The translations under genes and the position numbers were made by a program. Source: an uncultured Candidatus Saccharibacteria bacterium (GTDB lineage Bacteria > Patescibacteriota > Minisyncoccia > UBA6257 > UBA9933). Taken from it: DNA of 64,000 nt. The notes beneath the pieces were generated by a model, which saw only the letters and a program-made list of their open reading frames with translations, ran no database searches and was not told the DNA's origin. This document shows positions 46,331 to 53,507 of the stretch, in pieces; position 1 is the stretch's first letter; each line of letters begins with the position of its first letter. The stretch covers positions 968 to 64,967 of the forward strand of contig CAYRXZ010000002.1 of NCBI GenBank assembly GCA_964428615.1, given 5' to 3'.

Positions 46331-47635
46331 ATGAATTTTTCTAAAACTCAGATAATAATTTTAGGAATAATAGGATCAATAGTTTTGTTTTTCACGCTGG
46401 TTTTTTTGGGTGTTATCCCGGGCCTAAAAACTTCAGGCTTGGGTAGTTTTACATTTGGGCCAGGTGGAGGAGATCAAGTAAAAATTAATTTTTGGGGTAT
46501 AGCTGAGGCTGATAGTCAAAATTCAGTACAGAAATTAATTGAAGAATATTCAAAAACTAATGGGAATATCCAAATAGCTTATCGTCACTTTGATGATGCG
46601 GAAACCTATGAAAAAACCTTATTGAATTCTTTAGCAATAGGGCAGGGGCCCGACATTTTTATGTTCCATAGCAGCTGGCTGATAAAACATTATGACAAAG
46701 CCGCGTCAGCACCTGAACCTTTAAATTTAAATTATATTCAACAAATATTTCCTGATGTGGTCCGGTATGATTTTTCGATAGAAAATAACGTTTACGCTTT
46801 GCCGCTTTATATAGACACATTAGCTATTATTTATAATAAAGATATTTTTAATGCTAAATCAATCGCTTTGGTGCCGAAAACATGGGCGGAATTTGAAAGT
46901 TTAGTTCCACAACTTCGGGAATTAAATATTTTAAATCAAGTAGTTAGGCCGGCTGCGGCAATAGGCGGTTCAAATAAGAGCATTAATACGGCTTCGGATA
47001 TATTAAATCTTTTGATTCTTCAATCAGGCAGTCAAATAGTTGATAAGCAAGGGCAAGTGACTTTAGGGCAAGATGCATTATCGGCTTTCAATTTTTATAT
47101 TCAATTTGCTGACCCTTCGGGCAGCTATTATACGTGGAATGATAATATCGGCAATTCGATAGAGCTTTTTAGTAGGGGAGATTTAGCGACAATTTTTGAT
47201 TATCAGTCGTCTCTTGCGTCAATAAAGGCAAGAAATCCTTATTTAAATATAGGAATTAGCGCTATGCCGCAATCAAATCTTGCGCAGCCAATTAATTATT
47301 CTGATTATTGGGGACTAGCAGTTTCAAGACAGAGCAAAAATCAAATTTTAGGATGGAATTTTATTATTGCTGTAACAGCAGACCCAAAAATGTCGGAAAT
47401 TTATCTTAAAGCAGCTGGAAAGCCACCGGCATTACGTTCTCTTATAGAAAAATATAAAATAGATGCCAATTTGAGTATTTTTGCCAAACAGGCGCTTACG
47501 GCAAAGTCTTGGCTCAAGTCAGACGGTAAAGCCATTAATCAAATTTTCTCAAATATGATAGGATATGTTTTAAATGGGAAATTATCTTCAGATAAGGCGA
47601 TGAATCAGGCCAAAAACGAAATAAACGCTTTATGA
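46331..47635 (+). CDS. Membrane-anchored extracellular solute-binding protein (ABC-type, family-1-like); no permease or ATPase genes adjacent
   Basis: N-terminal TM anchor, then a MalE-like fold pattern (KINFWGIAE.., GPDIFMF..). 434 aa. Confidence 0.65.
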   Translation: MNFSKTQIIILGIIGSIVLFFTLVFLGVIPGLKTSGLGSFTFGPGGGDQVKINFWGIAEADSQNSVQKLIEEYSKTNGNIQIAYRHFDDAETYEKTLLNSLAIGQGPDIFMFHSSWLIKHYDKAASAPEPLNLNYIQQIFPDVVRYDFSIENNVYALPLYIDTLAIIYNKDIFNAKSIALVPKTWAEFESLVPQLRELNILNQVVRPAAAIGGSNKSINTASDILNLLILQSGSQIVDKQGQVTLGQDALSAFNFYIQFADPSGSYYTWNDNIGNSIELFSRGDLATIFDYQSSLASIKARNPYLNIGISAMPQSNLAQPINYSDYWGLAVSRQSKNQILGWNFIIAVTADPKMSEIYLKAAGKPPALRSLIEKYKIDANLSIFAKQALTAKSWLKSDGKAINQIFSNMIGYVLNGKLSSDKAMNQAKNEINAL

Positions 47636-48048
47636 TTAGTAAAATGAAAAATTCAATTTTATTTTTTGCTTTGTATTTCGCGTTTTTTGCCGCTCGCGCC
47701 AATGCCGCTGGCGCTGGCCTGGTGCCTTGCGGAGGAGCCGAGCAAAACCCATGTACTTGGTGTCATTTCAGTCAGTTGGCGATAAATATTATAGACTTTA
47801 TGATGTATTTGGTTTTTCCTCTGGCGGCGGTAATGATTGTTATTGGTGGTATATTTATTATGACTTCCGGAGGTTCAAGCGCCAGGTTTAGCAAAGGGAA
47901 AGAAATGATTACTGGAGCGGTTATCGGAATTTTAATTGCCTTGCTTTCTTGGATAATTATTGATACAATAATTCAAACAATCGCGGTAGGTTGGGACGGT
48001 TTAAACTTAACTCCGTGGAATAAAATAAATTTAGGCGAAAAATGTTAA
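47632..48048 (+). CDS. TrbC/VirB2-like small secreted two-helix protein, paralogue 1 (signal peptide; Cys-rich CGGAEQNPCTWCH segment)
   Basis: Signal peptide MKNSILFFALYFAFFAARANA, then two hydrophobic helices separated by a short Lys-rich loop. Paralogous to the next four genes. Confidence 0.5.
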   Translation: MISKMKNSILFFALYFAFFAARANAAGAGLVPCGGAEQNPCTWCHFSQLAINIIDFMMYLVFPLAAVMIVIGGIFIMTSGGSSARFSKGKEMITGAVIGILIALLSWIIIDTIIQTIAVGWDGLNLTPWNKINLGEKC

Positions 48049-48051
48049 TTT

Positions 48052-48390
48052 ATGGCTAAATTTTCAAAAAAATTATTAGGCGTCGCTTTAGCGGCAGGTA
48101 ATGATTTAAAAAGCGCTGCTCAGCAGTTAGCGCAGGGTTCGCCAATCAGCAGTCCCGAAAAAATATTCTCAATTTTACAAAAAGTAGTCCAATATACCTA
48201 TACGGTTTTTTTCATTGTCGCAGTTTTATTTATTTTAATCGCCGCTTTTAATTTTTTAAATGCAAAAGGGGACCCGATTAAAATTAATAGCGCCAAAAGC
48301 CAAATTCTTTGGGCAATAGTGGCGATTGTTGTTGCTTTAGTATCGCTTGGAGCAGCTCAAATAATAAATAGTTTTATTGAGGGCGCCTAA
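48052..48390 (+). CDS. TrbC/VirB2-like small two-helix protein, paralogue 2
   Basis: Core ..ILQKVVQYTYTVFFIVAVLFILIAAFNFLNAKGDPIKINSAKSQILWAIVAIVVALVSLG shared with its neighbours. Confidence 0.5.
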   Translation: MAKFSKKLLGVALAAGNDLKSAAQQLAQGSPISSPEKIFSILQKVVQYTYTVFFIVAVLFILIAAFNFLNAKGDPIKINSAKSQILWAIVAIVVALVSLGAAQIINSFIEGA

Positions 48391-48398
48391 GAATAAAA

Positions 48399-48842
48399 AT
48401 GAGGAAAGCACTTATATTTTCAACTATTTTAATTTCTTTTTTGCCCTTTTTTGCTTTGGCGCAATTTACGCCGGGCTCAATTCCGGAACCCAGCGATTAC
48501 GGCATAAAAGGAGCAGAAAATATACCCACAAATAGCGATGATTTATTAGATATTTTAAGGTCAGTGGTTAAATTTGTTTATATAGCCTTTTTTATCATTG
48601 CTGTTTTGTTTATAGTGATTGCTGCGTTTAATTATTTGACTGGAGCTGATGCTCCAGATAAGATTAAAGCTGCTCATACACAGTTAGTTTATTCAATTAT
48701 CGCTATTGGCATAGCCTTACTAGCGTTGACATTACAGGTAGTTGTTGGAAGTTTCATTAAAAACACCGGCGGTTCAACTGTGCAAGAAAATCAAATTCAG
48801 TCCGGCTATCAATTAAATGATGGGTCTACGATGTATCGATAA
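48399..48842 (+). CDS. TrbC/VirB2-like small secreted two-helix protein, paralogue 3
   Basis: Signal peptide ..FFALA/QF. Core DILRSVVKFVYIAFFIIAVLFIVIAAFNYLTGADAPDKIKAAHTQLVYSIIAIGIALLALT. Confidence 0.5.
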   Translation: MRKALIFSTILISFLPFFALAQFTPGSIPEPSDYGIKGAENIPTNSDDLLDILRSVVKFVYIAFFIIAVLFIVIAAFNYLTGADAPDKIKAAHTQLVYSIIAIGIALLALTLQVVVGSFIKNTGGSTVQENQIQSGYQLNDGSTMYR

Positions 48843-48899
48843 ATTAAAAATTACATAATATAGACATAAAAGGTCGATTATTGAAAAATTAATTAAATT

Positions 48900-49280
48900 A
48901 TGAATTTATCAAAATCAAAGTTTATAGCGGCAGTTATTGCGGTTTCGATTATTTTGCCGCTTGCGAGTGTTGTTTATGCTCAACCGCAAACAGGTCTTAC
49001 TTTGCCTGGGGCAAATACCAATATTACAACTGTCTCTGGCATGGTTGACATTCTTCGCGGAATTGTTAGGTGGGTTTATGTTATATTCTTTATAATCGCT
49101 GTGTTATTTATTATTTTCGCGGCGTTCACCTATTTAACTGCGGGCGGAGACCCGGAAAAAACAAACAAAGCAAAGAATCAACTGATTTATGCAGCTGTTG
49201 CTATCGCCGTAGCTTTATTAGCGGTTGGGTTTCAGTCTATCGTAAGTAATTTCTTAGCTGCTCCGACAGCAGGAGTGTAA
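48900..49280 (+). CDS. TrbC/VirB2-like small secreted two-helix protein, paralogue 4
   Basis: Signal peptide ..SVVYA/QP. Core DILRGIVRWVYVIFFIIAVLFIIFAAFTYLTAGGDPEKTNKAKNQLIYAAVAIAVALLAVG. Confidence 0.5.
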   Translation: MNLSKSKFIAAVIAVSIILPLASVVYAQPQTGLTLPGANTNITTVSGMVDILRGIVRWVYVIFFIIAVLFIIFAAFTYLTAGGDPEKTNKAKNQLIYAAVAIAVALLAVGFQSIVSNFLAAPTAGV

Positions 49281-49298
49281 TTAATTATTGAATTTAAA

Positions 49299-49333
49299 CA
49301 TACGAGTCCCGTTTATACGGCGGGGCTCGTATG
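49299..49333 (+). terminator. Stable hairpin after pilin-like paralogue 4 (catacgagtcccg...cggggctcgtatg); no clear U-tract
   Basis: 13-bp stem with one G-U pair. May act as a partial terminator or processing site inside the array. Confidence 0.35.
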
Positions 49334-49357
49334 AAAATCGATTAGGATATTTTAATA

Positions 49358-49702
49358 ATGATAAAGTCTTTTCTAGAAAATATTTTTTTGAGTTTTAATA
49401 ATGTAGCGCATGGTGCTCCTGGTATAGGCGGTTTTCCTGGCGGTGGAACACTTCCAAATCCACTTGGAGAAGGCAGCACTTTTATTACAGTAATAAATAA
49501 TATTTTAAATTATTTAATATACATCAGCGCGCCGATTTTAGCGATAATGATTTTAGTCGGCGGTTTTCAGATTTTAACCGCTAAAGGCGAACCCGGAAAG
49601 ATAGTTTCTGGAAAACAGACGATAACATACGCCATTATAGGATTTCTTATAATTTTGGTTTCAAAAGGTGTGGCACTTATTCTTTTGAAAATAATGCAAT
49701 AA
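49358..49702 (+). CDS. TrbC/VirB2-like small two-helix protein, paralogue 5 (Gly/Pro-rich N-terminal segment)
   Basis: Core ..ILNYLIYISAPILAIMILVGGFQILTAKGEPGKIVSGKQTITYAIIGFLIILVS. The most divergent member. Confidence 0.45.
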   Translation: MIKSFLENIFLSFNNVAHGAPGIGGFPGGGTLPNPLGEGSTFITVINNILNYLIYISAPILAIMILVGGFQILTAKGEPGKIVSGKQTITYAIIGFLIILVSKGVALILLKIMQ

Positions 49703-49760
49703 AAAAAAATGACCCCGACAGCGAATGAATAAATAATTCACTGTCGGGGTTTTTGTTTTA
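49701..49760. terminator. Bidirectional intrinsic terminator (A9, ccccgacag...ctgtcgggg, T-rich) between the pilin-like array and the GC-rich island
   Basis: 9-bp GC stem flanked by A and T runs. Convergent genes on either side. Confidence 0.6.
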
Positions 49761-50174
49761 TCGCACTCGTACGATTTCTACGAGTGTCGTCGTTTTTACG
49801 CCTTGTGCGTTTATTAGGCGTAATCTCCCGGCGGGTGCTTCGCCGGTCCAACTTTCCCATCCGGCGGGCATATCGTAGATGATACGCTTACCGTCGAGTT
49901 GGTTTGCTATTGCTCTGTATGGAGCATTCCCACGCAAGCGGTGCAGTGTACCTGGACCGCCATAGATAGTGAGTACTTCATTGCATTTGCCCTTTTCGTC
50001 GCAGGGCGGGAGACAGAATGTTTGGGGTTGGAGTTGTGCTACCCGCGTTTCAGTCGGCGGCTTACTCTTGTCATCTTTTGTCACTATTACTATTGTTATC
50101 GCAATAATAACAACCGAAACAATTAGCAACGCCGCGCTTTTACCGCTAAGTATTTTTACTTTATTAACTGCCAT
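49758..50174 (-). CDS. Membrane-anchored hypothetical protein (N-terminal TM, CxxxC..C segment), GC-rich, co-oriented with the SPFH gene
   Basis: About 50-55% GC. TM helix AALLIVSVVIIAITIVIV. Start overlaps the SPFH stop by 11 nt. Possible NfeD-like partner, but no clear match. Confidence 0.45.
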   Translation of the reverse strand: MAVNKVKILSGKSAALLIVSVVIIAITIVIVTKDDKSKPPTETRVAQLQPQTFCLPPCDEKGKCNEVLTIYGGPGTLHRLRGNAPYRAIANQLDGKRIIYDMPAGWESWTGEAPAGRLRLINAQGVKTTTLVEIVRVR

Positions 50175-51243
50175 TTTTTCTCTCCTTCCAATTTTTTAAC
50201 AGATTAGACAGCAGATCTAAACCCTCAAGAGAAATTATTTTTCTGTCAATCGTGGCCTTGCCGGTCATTGCCGTTTCCGCTAAATTAACCGCCAGTTGCT
50301 CAGGGAGTTTCATATTCACATACTCGTTAATCATCTTTACTTTTTGCTCTTGTCTTTTTTGCGCTGCTTCCATTTCAGCCCCAGCTTGCCTCACGCTTTC
50401 CAGCGCTTTTTTGGTTGCTTCTGAAAAATCGACATCTGCAAGTCTGAAGATAGCGATATCAATCCCATAGAGTTTCTCTATGGATGAGAGTTTTTCTTTC
50501 AATTCCGCCTCCTGCTCAAGGAGAAAAGAAGCTCTTGTGATGTTTTGTTCATAAAAAGACAGTTCATCAAGAACAATTTCTTTTTCTCCTTTCTCTTCTT
50601 TTAACACTATCGGCAACTGCCATCTCGACTTTTCTATTTTTTCCGCTATCTCATTATATTCTTCGCCTTTAACCGATTTTTCTATGTCTACCAAATACTC
50701 TTTCAGGCACTCTTCATCCATTTCATATTTTTCTACTTTTCCCTTGTTATCCCTTACTGGATTTACCCAATGATGAGGAGGTTTTTCCAGTCTTAAAACA
50801 CAGTTAATGAAAATTTCCAATGCTCTTCTTGACCGAATAAAGTTATCGCCTTCTTTAATACCGGCGATTTTCCCCAATTCGCTCTTCACAGCATCGGCCA
50901 TTCCATCAACAATTGTTTTTTCCTGCATCTCGATAAAAACATCAAGATTATCGGGCCGCCACTGAATCGAGCCGGCCGTCTTAATTTCAAGCCGATCCAT
51001 AGAAAAAACATCGAAAGAAAGTGATTTTGTTTGTAATTCTCTAGAAAAAAGCACTACTTTGTCTATGAAAGGCGCAATCGTATTTAGCCCTTCCCTGAGA
51101 ATCCTCACCTTTCCATTTCTTTTAATCCGCTCCTTAAATCGCGTTACTATCCCGAAATATACTGTCGGGATAATAACAATAGCATTAAGCGCTATCACAA
51201 CGGCTATTACAATCAATCCTATCAAGATTATCCATCCCATCAC
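50164..51243 (-). CDS. SPFH/band-7 (stomatin/prohibitin/flotillin-like) membrane protein with long C-terminal coiled coil
   Basis: N-terminal TM, then an SPFH pattern (PTVYFGIVTRFKER...GLNTIAPFIDKVVLFSRELQT..FSMDRLEIKTAGSIQWR). Strong Shine-Dalgarno ggaaggagg. Elevated GC. Confidence 0.7.
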   Translation of the reverse strand: MMGWIILIGLIVIAVVIALNAIVIIPTVYFGIVTRFKERIKRNGKVRILREGLNTIAPFIDKVVLFSRELQTKSLSFDVFSMDRLEIKTAGSIQWRPDNLDVFIEMQEKTIVDGMADAVKSELGKIAGIKEGDNFIRSRRALEIFINCVLRLEKPPHHWVNPVRDNKGKVEKYEMDEECLKEYLVDIEKSVKGEEYNEIAEKIEKSRWQLPIVLKEEKGEKEIVLDELSFYEQNITRASFLLEQEAELKEKLSSIEKLYGIDIAIFRLADVDFSEATKKALESVRQAGAEMEAAQKRQEQKVKMINEYVNMKLPEQLAVNLAETAMTGKATIDRKIISLEGLDLLSNLLKNWKERKNGS

Positions 51244-51333
51244 TCTTCCTCCTTCCGGCCAATGGCCTTTCTATATTTTTATTTGCCTTTCTTATATACT
51301 TTTTAAAGTCCGCAAGAGCGGGCTTTTCCCACG

Positions 51334-51352
51334 CTTGTAATGCTATAAAATA
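51334..51352. promoter_or_regulatory. Perfect palindrome atgctata-aaa-tatagcat about 90-110 bp upstream of the SPFH gene; candidate operator
   Basis: 8-bp perfect inverted repeat with a 3-bp spacer. Shares a GCTATA half-site with the CGCTATAGCG palindromes. Confidence 0.3.
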
Positions 51353-51522
51353 TAGCATAAAATAATAAAAAAGTCAATCCACACACTTAATTTAACGATA
51401 ATTAAGTACGGAGTATGGATTTTCGCTCCCGTTAACATATTGGCAGAAAGGCGAGAGGCGCGGAAAAAGAAAAAAAGTATTTTCAGGTTCAATTTGGAGA
51501 TAAAAATTTTTATGAGTTTTTA

Positions 51523-51900
51523 TTGTCTATAAGATTAACTCATGCGAAATCAAAGACAGTTAAAGATCTAGATATCCCAAACAATTATTTTGCAGATTTT
51601 TTAAGGGGCTGCATTGACGGAGATGGTTCTATTGGCGCGTTTAAGCATCCCGAAAGTAAACATCCTCAATTGCGAATAAGATTATATTCCGCAAGCGTAC
51701 CATTTTTACAATGGATTAAGAAAGAAGTTTTGTATAATACAAAAATAAAAACCGGCTGGATTGAAGAAAAAGAAGGTATTAATGTATTAGCTTATGCAAA
51801 AGAGGACTCTATTAAATTATTAAATTTTGTTTATTATAAAAACGTTGAATATTATTTAAAACGTAAATATAATATTGCGAAAGCATTTTTGCGGGTATAG
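51523..51900 (+). CDS. Free-standing single-motif LAGLIDADG-family homing-endonuclease-like protein (TTG start; 3' end overlaps tRNA-Leu by ~10 nt)
   Basis: FADFLRGCIDGDGSIGAF matches the LAGLIDADG signature at an I-CreI-like position. 125 aa, so short. Confidence 0.6.
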   Translation: MSIRLTHAKSKTVKDLDIPNNYFADFLRGCIDGDGSIGAFKHPESKHPQLRIRLYSASVPFLQWIKKEVLYNTKIKTGWIEEKEGINVLAYAKEDSIKLLNFVYYKNVEYYLKRKYNIAKAFLRV

Positions 51901-51972
51901 CCAAATTGGTAAAGGCGCATGGCTTAGAACCATGTGAGGAAACTCTTGGAGGTTCGAGTCCTCCTACCCGCA
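51891..51972 (+). tRNA. tRNA-Leu (anticodon TAG), type II with long variable arm
   Basis: Acceptor GCGGGTA/TACCCGC. Anticodon stem CATGG/CCATG with loop CTTAGAA. Variable arm tgaggaaactcttggag. T-arm GGTTCGAGTCC. Confidence 0.8.
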
Positions 51973-51976
51973 CAAT

Positions 51977-52933
51977 CTATTTTCTTCTTCTGCCGTGGAA
52001 AGTCTGATGGATTTCGCGGAGTTCTTTGTTTGTTAAATGAGTATAGATTTGAGTTGTGGAGACATTGGCATGGCCTAATAATTCTTGCACCGAACGCAAA
52101 TCCGCTCCGCCGATGAGTAAATCGGTGGCGAAAAGATGGCGAATAGTATGCGGATGTACTTTCTGCGGGATGCCGGCCTTTCTGGAATAAAAATCAACAA
52201 TTCTTTGAATGGTGCGGGGGAGTATTCTTCCGATTATTTTTGGGTTATCCGCTTTTGTTAAACTTATAAACAAAGCTTCTTCGGCATCGCCGCGTTTTTC
52301 CAAATAATTTTTAATTGCAGTTTTTGCGCGTTCGGAAAGAAAAACTATTCTTAGTTTTCCGCCTTTGCCGCGAATACTAATTTCTCCACGTTTTAAATCC
52401 AAATGTCGATTAAGCGCGCAAAGTTCGGAAATACGGAGACCGGTTGAAAACAGCATTTCTAAAATAGCTTTATCACGGAGAGAACGCAAGTCAGAACCTT
52501 TAGGCGCGGCAAGCAGTCTTTCTAGGTCGGCATATTCAATGATTTCAATCTGTCGGGTGGGAATTTTGGGCAGCTCTATTTTGTCCGGAGACATCACTTC
52601 AATATCGCGTTTGTTTATGTATTTCAGAAAATTTCTAATGGCAATGACATAATAACTTTGGGTAATTTTTTTTATATTTCTTCTTGCTAGAAAAAGCCGG
52701 AATTCGCGAATAATATCCGGTGTAATACTTTTTTCGGTTTTTATTTTCCCGAATCCCAAAAATGCTTTTAAATAGCGATCGTAATTTTCACGAGTTTTAA
52801 TTGAGCGGTTTTTTTCTATTTCCAGATAATTTAGGTAGTCATTAAGAAGCTTTTTTATATCTGCCATATTATTGTTGATTTTACCATTTTTAGTGGTATA
52901 ATTAAATGAAAGCTGAAAATGTTTATTGTTCAA
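51977..52933 (-). CDS. Tyrosine recombinase, XerC/XerD family (3' end 5 nt from the tRNA-Leu 3' end)
   Basis: Catalytic region ..GLRISELCALN.., HPHTIRHLFATDLL..G.DLR.VQELLGHANVSTTQIYTHL. The likely true start is the internal MADIKKLL.. (core-binding domain). Confidence 0.85.
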   Translation of the reverse strand: MNNKHFQLSFNYTTKNGKINNNMADIKKLLNDYLNYLEIEKNRSIKTRENYDRYLKAFLGFGKIKTEKSITPDIIREFRLFLARRNIKKITQSYYVIAIRNFLKYINKRDIEVMSPDKIELPKIPTRQIEIIEYADLERLLAAPKGSDLRSLRDKAILEMLFSTGLRISELCALNRHLDLKRGEISIRGKGGKLRIVFLSERAKTAIKNYLEKRGDAEEALFISLTKADNPKIIGRILPRTIQRIVDFYSRKAGIPQKVHPHTIRHLFATDLLIGGADLRSVQELLGHANVSTTQIYTHLTNKELREIHQTFHGRRRK

Positions 52934-53278
52934 CTTATTTTTTATTTCCTCTCCAATATACTCGCCTTGTTGGTAGCGACATATTTTATAGAGGGGTTTA
53001 TTCTTGAGCCGGGCCTGAATAGCTTGGTTTTAACAGCGGTTGCTTTAACCCTTATAAACACACTTATAAGGCCGATTATCAAGCTTATTCTTACACCGAT
53101 AATCCTTTTTACTTTTGGGTTGGGGGTTATAATAGTAAATACCTTGATGCTCTATTTACTTGACAAACTTTTGCCAAACATTACTATAACAGGTGTATTG
53201 CCGCTTTTTTACGCAACACTGATTATTAGTGTGGTCAATCTTGTGGTTAATTTTTCAGCAAGAAAAATAACAAGTTAA
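52919..53278 (+). CDS. DUF360-like (phage-holin-4 superfamily) small four-TM membrane protein
   Basis: LINTLIRPIIKLILTPIILFTFGLGVIIVNTLMLYLL resembles the DUF360 family. Recall-based. Confidence 0.45.
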   Translation: MFIVQLIFYFLSNILALLVATYFIEGFILEPGLNSLVLTAVALTLINTLIRPIIKLILTPIILFTFGLGVIIVNTLMLYLLDKLLPNITITGVLPLFYATLIISVVNLVVNFSARKITS

Positions 53279-53294
53279 AATTAAATTTAAATTT

Positions 53295-53507
53295 ATGTAT
53301 CTCGGGATAGCTCAAATAATAGTTTCAATAGTTTTAATTGTCTTAATTCTTCTTCAGGAACGCTCTTCGGGGCTTTCTGGGGTTTTTGGCGGAGGCGGAG
53401 GAGAATTTTATTCTCAAAGGCGTGGTATGGAGCGCATGATTTTTATCGCTACCATTGTTTTAGCCGTGGCTTTCGTTCTTTTATCAGCTTTGAATTTGGT
53501 TGTATGA
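53295..53507 (+). CDS. secG: Preprotein translocase subunit SecG
   Basis: 70 aa, two TM helices around a LLQERSSGLSGVFGGGGGEFY glycine-rich loop. Confidence 0.78.
   Translation: MYLGIAQIIVSIVLIVLILLQERSSGLSGVFGGGGGEFYSQRRGMERMIFIATIVLAVAFVLLSALNLVV

Noticed and set aside
49299-49333. Hairpin after pilin-like paralogue 4 as a definitive terminator
   Set aside because: It is a stable stem but lacks a downstream U-tract on the coding strand. It is retained only as a possible attenuator or processing site.
49899-50470. Plus-strand ORFs 49899-50126, 49969-50199 and 50252-50470 within the GC-rich island
   Set aside because: They are antisense to the SPFH operon. GC-rich sequence yields long spurious frames, and the translations are low-complexity.
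51934-52652. Plus-strand ORFs 51934-52116 and 52365-52652 inside the recombinase gene
   Set aside because: They are antisense to a well-supported tyrosine recombinase and have no features of their own.
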